Shown here piece after piece: positions 1 through 9,891 of a DNA stretch of 64,000 nt. The position numbers and the translations under genes were made by a program. Source of the stretch: an uncultured Bifidobacterium sp. (GTDB taxonomy: Bacteria > Actinomycetota > Acidimicrobiia > Acidimicrobiales > Ilumatobacteraceae); contig CAZSNB010000007.1 in assembly GCA_964608285.1 (NCBI GenBank), forward strand, positions 4,535 to 68,534. Direction: 5' to 3'. The notes under the pieces were generated by a model. It did no database searches. It was not told the DNA's origin and saw only the letters and a list, made by a program, of their open reading frames with translations. Within the stretch, counting starts at the first letter, position 1; every line of letters starts with the position of its first letter.

Positions 1-1010
1 CCGCGTTCGGCCAGCACCTCGAGTGCGGCCGCGCTGAAGGACGGGGCCACGACCACCTCGGTGAAGACCCCGGCGATGGCGCGCGCCGTCGCCTCGTCGA
101 CCTCGCCATTGACGGCGACGATTCCGCCGAACGCGCTCACGGGATCGGCCCCGAGGGCCGCGGCATGGGCCGCGGCGATGGTTCCCGCCACCGCCGCCCC
201 GCACGGATTGGCGTGCTTGACGATCACCGCTGCCGGACCTTCGAGGCGGTTCACGAGGCGCCATGCGGCCTCGGCATCCAGCACGTTGAGATACGAGAGG
301 TCGCGACCCTGCCACTGCACCGCCGAGTCCCACCAGCTCTCCACCCCGGGTAGCCGGTAGCGAGCGCCGACCTGGTGCGGGTTCTCGCCGTAGCGCAGCA
401 CCTCGGCGCGCTCCGCGACCAACGTGAGGAAGGGCGGCACGGCGCCGCGCCCCGGCTCTGCCGTCTCCTCGTCGAGCCAGGCGGCGATACCCGCGTCGTA
501 CGCGCTGGTCGTGCCGAAGGCCTTGCGCGCGAGGCGCCGGCGTTCACGCGGTCCCGGCCCTCCCTCGGCGATCATCGCGGCGACGTCGTCATAGTCGTTC
601 GGGTCGACGACGACCGTGACCCGCGCGTGGTTCTTGGCGGCGGCGCGCACGAGGGCCGGTCCGCCGATGTCGATCATCTCGGTGCCGGGTGCGCGACCGA
701 ACGGATACAGGTTGACCACGACGAGGTCGAAGACGTCGATTCCGTGCGTCTCCAGGTCGGCGCGGTGCGAGTCGTCGGAGGTGTCGGCGAGGATGCCCCC
801 GTGGACCGCCGGGTGCAGGGTCACCACCCTGTGGCCGAGGATCGGTGGGAATCCGGTGATGTCGGCGGTGTCGGTCGACTCGACGCCCGCGTCACGCAGG
901 TGGGCGGCCGTGCCCCCGCTCGCAACGATCGTCCACCCCAGTTCCACGAGGCGGACGGCGAACGCGGCGATGCCGCTCTTGTCGTGGACGGAGAGAAGGG
1001 CCCGCGGCAC
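1..1010 (-). CDS. purH: Bifunctional AICAR formyltransferase / IMP cyclohydrolase PurH, N-terminal ~336 codons (3' end lies beyond the left edge)
   Basis: Absent from the ORF track because it is open at the window edge. My reverse-strand translation from GTG 1010 reads VPRALLSVHDKSGIAAFAVRLVELGWTIVASGGTAAHLRDAGV...VVNLYPF...IDIGGPALVRAAAKNH...VIVKHANPCGAA. That is the MGS-like cyclohydrolase domain followed by the start of the AICARFT domain. The GTG abuts the sucD stop (1011-1013) with no spacer. Confidence 0.9.
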   Translation of the reverse strand, partial: MPRALLSVHDKSGIAAFAVRLVELGWTIVASGGTAAHLRDAGVESTDTADITGFPPILGHRVVTLHPAVHGGILADTSDDSHRADLETHGIDVFDLVVVNLYPFGRAPGTEMIDIGGPALVRAAAKNHARVTVVVDPNDYDDVAAMIAEGGPGPRERRRLARKAFGTTSAYDAGIAAWLDEETAEPGRGAVPPFLTLVAERAEVLRYGENPHQVGARYRLPGVESWWDSAVQWQGRDLSYLNVLDAEAAWRLVNRLEGPAAVIVKHANPCGAAVAGTIAAAHAAALGADPVSAFGGIVAVNGEVDEATARAIAGVFTEVVVAPSFSAAALEVLAER

Positions 1011-1910
<900 letters not shown>

Positions 1911-1923
1911 GTCGGTCGCTTCC

Positions 1924-3069
1924 TTACTTCGCCAACGCGACCGCGGTCTCGGCGGCCTCGAGCATGGTGGGCTTGCTGACGAGCTTCGACTCGGGGATCC
2001 CGGCGTCGGCGAGGATGCGACGACCCTCCGCGGCGTTGGTCCCGTCGAGGCGGATGACGATGGGGGCGCGCAGGTCGACCCGGCCCATCGCCTCGACGAT
2101 GCCCTTGGCCACCTCCTCGCCGCGCGTGATGCCGCCGAAGATGTTCACGAAGATGCTCCTGACGTTGCCGTCGGAGTTGATGACCTCGAGCGCCGCCGCC
2201 ATGAGGTCGGCGTTGGCGCCCCCGCCGATGTCGAGGAAGTTGGCCGCGCTGCCGCCCACCTGATTGACCACGTCGAGGGTGCTCATGGCGAGTCCCGCGC
2301 CGTTGGCGATGATGCCCACCGTGCCGTCGAGACCGATGTACTGCAGGCCCTTCTCGCGGGCCAGCCTCTCGCGGGCGTCGAGTTCGACCGTGGCGGAGAA
2401 CTCCTCCCACTCGGGGTGACGGAACTCGGCGTTGGCATCCAGGCTCACCTTGGCGTCCAGCGCGTGCACCTCACCGGTCGGCTTCAGGATGAGGGGGTTG
2501 ATCTCGGCGAGGTCGCAATCGCCCTCGACGAAGCAGCGGTAGAGCTTCACGAGGATGTCGGCCACGCCGGCGCGCGCCTCCTCGGGGATGTTCGCGTCCA
2601 CGGCGGCCTTGGCGGCGGCGGCGGGCGTCAGTCCGTCCACGGGATCGACGTGGAGCATGAGGATGGCGGCAGGGTTCTTGGCGGCCACCTCCTCGATCTC
2701 CACTCCCCCCTCGCGCGACAGCATGAGAAGGTGCTTCTTGGCGGCGCGATCGAGGGTGAACGACGCGTAGTACTCCTCCTTGATGTCGGAGGCGTTCTCC
2801 ACCCAGACCCGCTTGACGAGATGGCCCTTGATGTCCATGCCGAGGATGTTCCCCGCGTGCGTGCGCACCTCGTCGGCGTCGGCGGCCAGCTTGATGCCGC
2901 CGGCCTTGCCGCGACCGCCCACCTGCACCTGCGCCTTGACGACGACGGGGTAACCGGCGGCGTCGGCGACGGCGACGGCCTCGTCCACGGTGACGGCCAC
3001 CCCGCCGGGAGACACCGGGATGCCGAAGCGGGCGAAGTACTGCTTGCCCTGGTACTCGAAAAGGTCCAT
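1924..3069 (-). CDS. sucC: Succinyl-CoA synthetase beta subunit (ATP-grasp)
   Basis: MDLFEYQGKQYFARFGIPV..., VVVKAQVQVGGRGKAGGIKLA, NIFGGITRGEEVAKGIV. Full-length match to the SucC pattern. Confidence 0.95.
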   Translation of the reverse strand: MDLFEYQGKQYFARFGIPVSPGGVAVTVDEAVAVADAAGYPVVVKAQVQVGGRGKAGGIKLAADADEVRTHAGNILGMDIKGHLVKRVWVENASDIKEEYYASFTLDRAAKKHLLMLSREGGVEIEEVAAKNPAAILMLHVDPVDGLTPAAAAKAAVDANIPEEARAGVADILVKLYRCFVEGDCDLAEINPLILKPTGEVHALDAKVSLDANAEFRHPEWEEFSATVELDARERLAREKGLQYIGLDGTVGIIANGAGLAMSTLDVVNQVGGSAANFLDIGGGANADLMAAALEVINSDGNVRSIFVNIFGGITRGEEVAKGIVEAMGRVDLRAPIVIRLDGTNAAEGRRILADAGIPESKLVSKPTMLEAAETAVALAK

Positions 3070-3094
3070 GTCGTTCTCCGTGGTTCGGGGGTGG

Positions 3095-3505
3095 TCAGTT
3101 GACGAGTTCGCGCTGGTCGAGGGACTCCTCGAGCCAGGCGCAGATCGACTTCAGCGAGGAGCCGGGGCCGAAGATGTTGCCGACACCCTGCTCGCGCAGG
3201 GCGCGGGCGTCGGCGTCGGGGATGACCCCGCCCCCGAACACGAGGATGTCGCCCATGTCGCGGGTGCGCAGTTCCTCCATGACGCGGGGGAAGAGGGTCA
3301 GGTGCGCCCCCGACAGGAGCGACAGGCCGACGGCGTCGGCGTCCTCCTGCAGGGCGGTCTCGGCAATCTGCTCAGGGGTCTGGTGCAGACCGGTGTAGAT
3401 GACCTCGAAACCGTGGTCGCGCAGGGCGCGGGTGATGGTCTTGGCGCCGCGGTCGTGGCCGTCGAGACCCGGTTTGGCGACGATGACCCGATAATGGCGC
3501 TTCAC
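3095..3505 (-). CDS. Stand-alone cobalamin (B12)-binding domain protein of the methylmalonyl-CoA mutase type
   Basis: 136 aa. VIVAKPGLDGHDRGAKTITRALRDHGFEVIYTG contains the D-x-H-x-x-G cobalamin-binding signature. The rest is a Rossmann-like B12-binding module (GLSLLSGAH...). No mutase barrel subunit is adjacent. Confidence 0.88.
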   Translation of the reverse strand: MKRHYRVIVAKPGLDGHDRGAKTITRALRDHGFEVIYTGLHQTPEQIAETALQEDADAVGLSLLSGAHLTLFPRVMEELRTRDMGDILVFGGGVIPDADARALREQGVGNIFGPGSSLKSICAWLEESLDQRELVN

Positions 3506-4069
3506 AATCAGAAAACCCTACGCCGTGGCGGAGCCGAAGCACCAACCCGCCACAATGGTGCCGTGCCCCCCTCCCCGCAGCCTCCGCCCCGCCTGCGCAG
3601 CCCCCTCGCCCGCGCCGTCGTGCCCGTGCTCGGGGGGCTGGCGTTCTTCGTCCTCTTCTTCCTCGGGCTGTGGGTGGCCGCCAGCGTGATGACCTCCCGG
3701 GCCGAGCCGGAGGACGTGCTGTCGAACCGCATCTTCGAGGTGGGTCGCGTGGACTCGCTGGCCGAGTCGGTGGCCGAGGACGGTCCGATCCTCTTCCCCG
3801 ACCTCAAGGGGACCGACGGCGTGCGCTCCATCGTCCTCGACCACACCGGTGACGACCCCGCCTCGGGCTGGATCGTGCGGTACGGCCATCCCGCCGACCG
3901 GGACCCGACCTGCCGCGTCGAGCACGTTCGCGGCACACGGGAGTTCACCGACTGCGAGGGGCGGACACTGGCCGTCGACGACCTCGCCCCTCCCGGGGAC
4001 GTGAGGCCGATCGTGGAGAACCGCAGGACCCTCTACATCGACCTGCGCGGGCTCACGCCGAGCGGCTGA
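3494..4069 (+). CDS. Membrane-anchored hypothetical protein (start uncertain: ATG 3494 or GTG 3563)
   Basis: This is the only coding-looking part of the 2990..4069 ORF. It has one hydrophobic helix (VPVLGGLAFFVLFFLGLWVAASV) followed by a ~140-aa soluble domain. The upstream part of the ORF is antisense to the B12-domain gene. No family recognised. Confidence 0.5.
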   Translation: MALHNQKTLRRGGAEAPTRHNGAVPPSPQPPPRLRSPLARAVVPVLGGLAFFVLFFLGLWVAASVMTSRAEPEDVLSNRIFEVGRVDSLAESVAEDGPILFPDLKGTDGVRSIVLDHTGDDPASGWIVRYGHPADRDPTCRVEHVRGTREFTDCEGRTLAVDDLAPPGDVRPIVENRRTLYIDLRGLTPSG

Positions 4070-4484
4070 CCGTGTCGACGAGACGCGCGGCGAGTTCCTC
4101 GGAGTGCTCCTCCAGGCGGTTGCGCCTGATGGCGAGACCCCCGTGCACCCGGGCACCGAGCGACTCGAGCGCGACGGTCATTGTCTGCAGGGTGCGACCC
4201 GGGTCGAGCGCGTAGGTGCAGAACGCCACCGCCGTCTTGTCGCGCATCGAGGGCAGGGCACGGATGCGGTCGATGGCCCACGGCGCCTGACCCACGACGA
4301 AGAGCCCGTGCACCCACGTGCCCACGAGGACCACGTCGGCCTCCTGGATGGCCGCATGGTCGGGTGTGCGCACGGGCGCGAGACCGGTGATCGACCAGTT
4401 CTCCTGCTGCAGGTTGGCCGCGATCGACTCGGCCGCCTTCCACGTGTTGCCGGTGAGACTCTCGACGAGGATCGCTGCCTTCAT
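4053..4484 (-). CDS. Flavodoxin-like fold protein
   Basis: MKAAILVESLTGNTWKAAESIAANL N-terminus (flavodoxin phosphate-binding-loop pattern S/T-x-T-G-x-T) and DVVLVGTWVHG. 143 aa. Confidence 0.7.
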   Translation of the reverse strand: MKAAILVESLTGNTWKAAESIAANLQQENWSITGLAPVRTPDHAAIQEADVVLVGTWVHGLFVVGQAPWAIDRIRALPSMRDKTAVAFCTYALDPGRTLQTMTVALESLGARVHGGLAIRRNRLEEHSEELAARLVDTVSRSA

Positions 4485-4529
4485 GCGCCCCTTTCTAGTC
4501 TCCGCGGTGTCGGCGCGACGACACGCGCG

Positions 4530-6794
4530 TCATCCGAGTTTCTTGAGCGGAGCCCACGCGAGCGAGAGGTGCTTCGTCCCCTTGTCGCGGAAGCGAACGG
4601 TGACCTCGGCCTTCTCGCCCTCGCCCCTGATCTCTATGACCACTCCCTCACCGAACGTCGCGTGCTCCACGTCGTCACCGGCCTTGAGCCCCGCGAGATG
4701 CGCCAGGTCGCGCGGCGGTGAGGGTTCGCGCGAGGCGGCCCGCTCGCGGGCGCGGGATCCGTAGGTGCGGCCGCTCGGCTCCTCGTCGCGGCGGCGATAG
4801 GCCGGCACGTCGGCGTCGGCCCAGTCCGCGGCCTTGCGACCCCACGCCTGCCGTCCGAAACCGTGGTCCGCGCCGGAGTCGACCGCCCCTCGCCGGTCGA
4901 ACAACTCGGCCGGCACCTCGTCGAGGAAACGGGACGGCGGGTTGTACTGGGACTGGCCGTAGAGCATGCGCTGCCAGGCGTGGGACACGAACAGCTGCTC
5001 GCGGGCCCGGGTGATCCCCACGTAGGCGAGCCGGCGCTCCTCCTCGAGCTCGTCGGGATCCACGAGCGCGCGGTTGTGGGGGAAGATCCCCTCCTCGCAG
5101 CCGACGAGGAACACCACCGGGAACTCGAGTCCCTTGGCGGAATGCAGCGTCATGAGCACGACGTGGTTGTCGCCGTCCAGCTCATCGGTGTCCGCCACGA
5201 GGGAGACCTGCTCGAGGAACTCGTCGGCGCGGGTGAACTCGGCCGCCGAACCGAGGAGTTCATCCAGGTTCTCGAGACGTCCTGCCGACTCCACGGTGTC
5301 CTCCTGCTCGAGCTCGCCCCGATAGCCGCTGGTGATGAGCGCCTCCTCCAGCACGGCGGCGGGTCCGTCCTCCACCATCGCCGAGAGCCGATCGACGAGT
5401 TCGACGAAGGAGGCGAGGCCCCGCACGGCAGGCCCAGACACACCGGCATCGGGGGCCCGTCGCATGGCATCGATGAAGGACAGGCCGTGCGAGGCGGCGA
5501 ATGCGTCGATGCGGGCGATGCTCGTCTCGCCGATGCCGCGCTTGGGCACGTTGAGGACCCGACGCAGGCTCACCTCGTCGAGCGGATTGACCGCCGCGCG
5601 CAGATAGGCCACCGCGTCGCGCACCTCGCGTCGGTCGTAGAAACGCGTGCCTCCCACCACCTTGTACGGGATGCCCTCGCGCATGAGGGCCTCCTCGACG
5701 GTGCGGCTCTGGGCGTTGGTCCGGTACATGACGGCCATCTCGCCCCACTCGCGCCCGCCGTGCGAATGCAGCTCGCGCATCGTGTCGGCGACCCATCGCG
5801 CCTCGTCGTGCTCGTTCTCGGCGTAGAAGCGCACGATCCGCTCGCCCTCGCCCGACGACGTCCACAGGTCCTTGGGTCGCCGGTCGGCGTTGCGGGCGAT
5901 GACGGCGTTGGCCGCCGAGAGGATGGTCTGGGTGCTGCGGTAGTTCTGCGTGAGCACCACGACCGTCATGTCCGGGAAAGCGACCTCGAAGTCCCCGAGA
6001 TTCCGCAGGTCGGCACCGCGGAAGCGGTAGATGCTCTGGTCGCTGTCGCCCACGACGCACACGTTGTGGTGGGCGTCCCCCAGCATGAGGATGATGCGGT
6101 TCTGGGCGCGGTTCGTGTCCTGGTACTCGTCGATGAGCACGTGGGTGAAGCGCTCCTGCCAGCGGCGGAGCACCTCCGGGTTCTCCTCGAAGAGACGGAC
6201 CACGTTGACGAGCAGGTCGTCGAAGTCCATGGCGCCGGCGCGCACGAGTCGGGCCTGGTACTCGGCGTAGATCTCGGCGTTGCGACGGGCGGCGGGGTGC
6301 TCTGCCGTCTCGAGGGCGCGGGCCGGCGTGACCATCTCGTTCTTCCAGAGGCTGATGCGCGACTGCGAACCGCCGGCGGGGAATTTCTTGGGATCGAGGC
6401 CCATGTCGCGGATGACGTATCCCACGAGGCGTTTCGAGTCCTGGGCGTCGTAGATGGCGAATCCCGGCGGATACCCGAGCACCTCGGCGTGACGGCGCAG
6501 GATGCGCACGCAGGCCTTGTGGAACGTGGTCACCCACATGTCGGTCGCGGCCGGACCCACGAGGTCGGCCACGCGGTGGCGCATCTCCTCGGCGGCCTTG
6601 TTGGTGAAGGTGATCGCGAGGATCTGGTGGGGACGGACCCCGCGGGAGATGAGCCAGGCGATGCGCTGCGTGAGGACCCGGGTCTTGCCCGATCCCGCGC
6701 CGGCGACGACGAGCAGCGGCCCGCCGGGGTGCTCGACCGCCTCGGCCTGGTCCGGGTTCAGCGGAACGTGTCCGGACGGGGCGGGATCGGTCAT
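4530..6794 (-). CDS. pcrA: ATP-dependent DNA helicase PcrA/UvrD (SF1)
   Basis: LNPDQAEAV, Walker A AGAGSGKT, motif II LIDEYQDTN, LTQNYRS, C-terminal VEHATFGEGVV Tudor-like tail. Confidence 0.95.
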   Translation of the reverse strand: MTDPAPSGHVPLNPDQAEAVEHPGGPLLVVAGAGSGKTRVLTQRIAWLISRGVRPHQILAITFTNKAAEEMRHRVADLVGPAATDMWVTTFHKACVRILRRHAEVLGYPPGFAIYDAQDSKRLVGYVIRDMGLDPKKFPAGGSQSRISLWKNEMVTPARALETAEHPAARRNAEIYAEYQARLVRAGAMDFDDLLVNVVRLFEENPEVLRRWQERFTHVLIDEYQDTNRAQNRIILMLGDAHHNVCVVGDSDQSIYRFRGADLRNLGDFEVAFPDMTVVVLTQNYRSTQTILSAANAVIARNADRRPKDLWTSSGEGERIVRFYAENEHDEARWVADTMRELHSHGGREWGEMAVMYRTNAQSRTVEEALMREGIPYKVVGGTRFYDRREVRDAVAYLRAAVNPLDEVSLRRVLNVPKRGIGETSIARIDAFAASHGLSFIDAMRRAPDAGVSGPAVRGLASFVELVDRLSAMVEDGPAAVLEEALITSGYRGELEQEDTVESAGRLENLDELLGSAAEFTRADEFLEQVSLVADTDELDGDNHVVLMTLHSAKGLEFPVVFLVGCEEGIFPHNRALVDPDELEEERRLAYVGITRAREQLFVSHAWQRMLYGQSQYNPPSRFLDEVPAELFDRRGAVDSGADHGFGRQAWGRKAADWADADVPAYRRRDEEPSGRTYGSRARERAASREPSPPRDLAHLAGLKAGDDVEHATFGEGVVIEIRGEGEKAEVTVRFRDKGTKHLSLAWAPLKKLG

Positions 6795-6866
6795 GGCCGA
6801 ACCAGTGTACGACGGGCCTGCGCCGGGGTCGTCGGACCCCGGACGCGGCCGTCGTTCGATCGGGCG

Positions 6867-8111
6867 TCAGGCCCGCTTGAGGATGCGGATGGGCAGGCGA
6901 CGCGGGCCGCGCACCTGTCCCGTGCTCCACTGGGTCTCCTCGGTGGTGACCAGTTCGAAGTCGGGGAACCGCTTCATGAAGGTCTCCACCGCCACGTTGA
7001 GCTCGAGCCGGGCGAGGTTCGAACCGATGCACCGGTGGATGCCGAGTCCGAACGCCGCGTGGCGGTTCTCCTCGCGGTCGATGATCACCTTGTCGGCGTC
7101 ATCGAACTGGTTCGGGTCGCGGTTCGCCGCGGGGAAGGGCAGGAGCACCCAGTCGTGCTGCTTCATCTGCACGCCGTGGAACTCGTGGTCGTGCTTGACG
7201 AGTCGGGCCATGGTCACCGGGGCGTAGGCGCGGAGGAACTCCTCCACGGCCATCGGGATCATGCCGGGGTTCTCGGCGAGACGACGACGGTCGACGGCGT
7301 TCGAGGCCAGGTGCCACAGGGAGTTGCCGATGCCGCTCCAGGTGGTGTCGATGCCGGCGATGAGCACGAGGATGATCACTCCGGACACGACCTCGGGCGG
7401 CAGCTTGTTGCCGCCGATCTCGGCCTCGAGGAGCTGCGAGATCAGGTCGTCGCGCGGGTTGTCGATGTGGTCCTGGATGTGGTGCTCGAGGTACTCCCCG
7501 AACTCCTGGAACTTGTCGCGACGCTCCTCGATGGGGGCGTTCACCGACTCGAGCACCAGGTGCACCCAACCGCGGAACTTGTCGGCGTCCTCGAGGGGCA
7601 GGCCGAGCATGTGGGCGATGATCATCACCGGGATGTGCTGGGAGTACTCGACGGCGGCGTCGATGAACTCCTTGTCGCCCATCTTGTCGATGAGCTCGTT
7701 GCACATGCGCTCGATCTCGGGACGCAGCGGGTCGATCTTCTTCGGCGCGAACATCGGCAGGAGGAGGCGACGCGCCTCCTGGTGGAACGGCGGGTCGCTC
7801 GTGATCGGCGGCGCGCCACCGATGGGGGCCGGCGGCGTCGCGAACTCGGGATCGTCGTCGAACTCGTGCGGCTTCACCTGCCCCACGACCACCGAGCGAC
7901 TGGTGAAGTTCTCGGTGTCGTAGGCGATCTCGTGCACCATCTCGTGGGTGAGGGGCAGCCACACCCCGCCGTAGCGCTCGCTGTGGGCGATGGGGCACTG
8001 CTTGGCGTTGAGCAGGTCGTCCCAGATGCGATGGATGTTGCGGTTGTACTCGGGATCGGCGTGATCGAAGTCGGTCTGCCAATCCGTCACGGGGCCGTAC
8101 ACGGAAGTCAT
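6867..8111 (-). CDS. Cytochrome P450 monooxygenase
   Basis: Heme-thiolate loop FGLGIHRCIGSNLA, I-helix LIAGIDTTWSG, E-x-x-R VEEFLRAYAP. Start trimmed to the ATG at 8111 (MTSVYGP...), 4 nt after the ferredoxin stop. The track's extra 29 codons overlap the ferredoxin gene. Confidence 0.92.
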   Translation of the reverse strand: MTSVYGPVTDWQTDFDHADPEYNRNIHRIWDDLLNAKQCPIAHSERYGGVWLPLTHEMVHEIAYDTENFTSRSVVVGQVKPHEFDDDPEFATPPAPIGGAPPITSDPPFHQEARRLLLPMFAPKKIDPLRPEIERMCNELIDKMGDKEFIDAAVEYSQHIPVMIIAHMLGLPLEDADKFRGWVHLVLESVNAPIEERRDKFQEFGEYLEHHIQDHIDNPRDDLISQLLEAEIGGNKLPPEVVSGVIILVLIAGIDTTWSGIGNSLWHLASNAVDRRRLAENPGMIPMAVEEFLRAYAPVTMARLVKHDHEFHGVQMKQHDWVLLPFPAANRDPNQFDDADKVIIDREENRHAAFGLGIHRCIGSNLARLELNVAVETFMKRFPDFELVTTEETQWSTGQVRGPRRLPIRILKRA

Positions 8112-8115
8112 GGGG

Positions 8116-8310
8116 TCACTCCTGGATCTCGATGGCGAATTCGGGGCAGTTGGCGGCGGCGAGTCGGGCCTTGTCCTCGAGACCGGCCGGCACGACACCG
8201 TCGTTCAGTTCGAAGGCGTTCCCGAGGTCGTCCACATCGAACAACTCGGGGGCCAGCGCGTAGCACCGGTTGTGGCCCTGGCACTTGGAGGGGTCAACGT
8301 GGACTTTCAT
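8116..8310 (-). CDS. Small ferredoxin (3Fe-4S-type P450 redox partner)
   Basis: 64 aa: MKVHVDPSKCQGHNRCYALAPELF...AAANCPEFAIEIQE. The C-x2-H-x2-C...CP pattern is typical of actinobacterial P450-linked ferredoxins. The longer track ORF (157 aa) has an Arg/Pro-rich non-coding-like N-terminus. Confidence 0.85.
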   Translation of the reverse strand: MKVHVDPSKCQGHNRCYALAPELFDVDDLGNAFELNDGVVPAGLEDKARLAAANCPEFAIEIQE

Positions 8311-8350
8311 GCCAACTAAGGTAGACCGCTCTGAGACGGATTTCACCATC

Positions 8351-9079
8351 GTGGACACCACTTTCCTGCTCCTGATCCCCCCATCCGAGGGCAAGGAACC
8401 CGGTGGCGATCCGTCCGTCCCCTGGGGCCTGGACAGCGGTCGGTTCGGCTCGGTCCTCTCGCCCCTGCGTTCGGGGGTGGTGAAGGCCCTGCGCCGCGCC
8501 GGAGGCGGGACACCGGCCCTTCTCGGGGCCAAGGGAGACCTGCTCGACCGGGCCCGTGCCGCGAACCGCGCGCTCCTCGGTGCCCCCACCCTGCCCGCCT
8601 TCCGGCGTTACTCGGGCGTGGTGTGGGAGAACCTCGACCTGCCCGGTCTGCCGGCGACGACCCGACGCGCCGCCGCCAAGCGCATCGTCGTGCCCTCGGG
8701 TCTGCTCGGCCTGTCGATGGCCGACGATCCGATCCCCGACTACCGGCTCAAGATGGGCGTGGGTCTCGCCCCTCTCGGGAACCTCGCCGCCTGGTGGCGC
8801 GAGGACGTCTCGGTCGCGCTCGGTCGCGTCGCGCGGGGCCGCATGGTCATCGACCTGCTGCCCCAGGAGCACCGCGCCGCGATCGACCCCGCGACCGTCC
8901 CCGGCCTCGTGCGCGTGGACCTCGTCGCGAAGCGGGGCGGCAGGGTCGGCGGTCACGATGCCAAGGCGGCGAAGGGCCGTCTCGCCCGGCACCTGCTCGT
9001 CGGCGGGGCACCGACACTGGCCCGCGCCCTCTCGTCATTCCGCCACCCGGATTATTCGGCCCGCATCGCCGACGTCTGA
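8351..9079 (+). CDS. yaaA: YaaA-family (DUF328) peroxide-stress protein
   Basis: FLLLIPPSEGK aligns with the MLILISPAK start of YaaA. Also FRRYSGVVWENL and SGLLGL...PIPDYRLKM motifs. The start could instead be ATG 8309, which would overlap the divergent ferredoxin start. Confidence 0.78.
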   Translation: MDTTFLLLIPPSEGKEPGGDPSVPWGLDSGRFGSVLSPLRSGVVKALRRAGGGTPALLGAKGDLLDRARAANRALLGAPTLPAFRRYSGVVWENLDLPGLPATTRRAAAKRIVVPSGLLGLSMADDPIPDYRLKMGVGLAPLGNLAAWWREDVSVALGRVARGRMVIDLLPQEHRAAIDPATVPGLVRVDLVAKRGGRVGGHDAKAAKGRLARHLLVGGAPTLARALSSFRHPDYSARIADV

Positions 9080-9102
9080 GCCCGCGTCCCGCGGGCGCGG
9101 CG

Positions 9103-9846
9103 CTAGGCCACGAGCTTCGAGCGCAGGAAACCGATCACCCGGGCGACGCTGTCCTCGTCGCGTTGCTCCGTGAGCACGCTGTGGTCGCGGGGCGAGGACG
9201 ACGGGAGCTCCACCGCGAGGAAAGCGTCGCCGATGAGGGCGCGCAGTGAGGCGAAGCGGTCACCGACCAGCTTGTCCCCGGTGAAGCGCAGGCCCAGCAC
9301 CTCGCACCCCTCCGCGGTGCGCCGCACGAGCGCGTCCTCGTCCTCCTGGGACAACCCGAGGTCGGCCGAGCGTCGGCCACCCATCGCGAACGGCAGGGAC
9401 GGCTGGGAGAGCACCGGAGCGACCGTCACGCCGTCGACCATCATGCCGAGGGCGAAACCGCCGCTGAAGCACATCCCGACGGCACCGACTCCCGGTCCGC
9501 CGCAGGAGGCGTGGAGGTCGGCCGCGAGCGCGCGCAACCACGAGACCACGGGCGATGTGCGTCCCGTGGCCAGGGTCGTGAACTCGCGCGAGACGCAGAC
9601 ACGGGCGAACGAGGCGGCGATGTAGCGGCCGGACGGCGCGCGGCCCGCCGTGCCGACGAGCTCCGGCATCGCCACGGTGAATCCGGCGTCGACGACGTCG
9701 CGGGCGAATCGCTCGACGGCGGGGGTGATGCCCGGGATCTCGTGGACAACGACCACCCCGGGTCCGCTCCCCCGTCGGTGCACCGGCCGGGTGCGACCGT
9801 CGGCCGAGAACGTCGTCCTCGTCCACCCCTCCAGAATGCCGGTCAT
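9103..9846 (-). CDS. Dienelactone hydrolase family protein
   Basis: VVVVHEIPGITP, Cys nucleophile elbow GMCFSGGFA. ATG 9846 is preceded by GGGGAGGG. The track start at 9879 is less likely. Confidence 0.8.
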   Translation of the reverse strand: MTGILEGWTRTTFSADGRTRPVHRRGSGPGVVVVHEIPGITPAVERFARDVVDAGFTVAMPELVGTAGRAPSGRYIAASFARVCVSREFTTLATGRTSPVVSWLRALAADLHASCGGPGVGAVGMCFSGGFALGMMVDGVTVAPVLSQPSLPFAMGGRRSADLGLSQEDEDALVRRTAEGCEVLGLRFTGDKLVGDRFASLRALIGDAFLAVELPSSSPRDHSVLTEQRDEDSVARVIGFLRSKLVA

Positions 9847-9891
9847 GATCCCTCCCCTTCTCGGTCGCCGCGGCGACACCGGTGCAGTGTG

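Noticed and set aside
4863-8324. 1153-aa plus-strand ORF spanning the pcrA and P450 loci. Similar giants occur at 375-1979 (+), 1909-3102 (+), 5260-7032 (-) and 12078-13736 (+).
   Set aside because: These are antisense or out of frame to genes with unmistakable homolog motifs. Their translations are Arg/Gly/Asp/His/Pro-rich with no recognisable domain. This is the expected stop-codon-poor artefact of a high-G+C genome.
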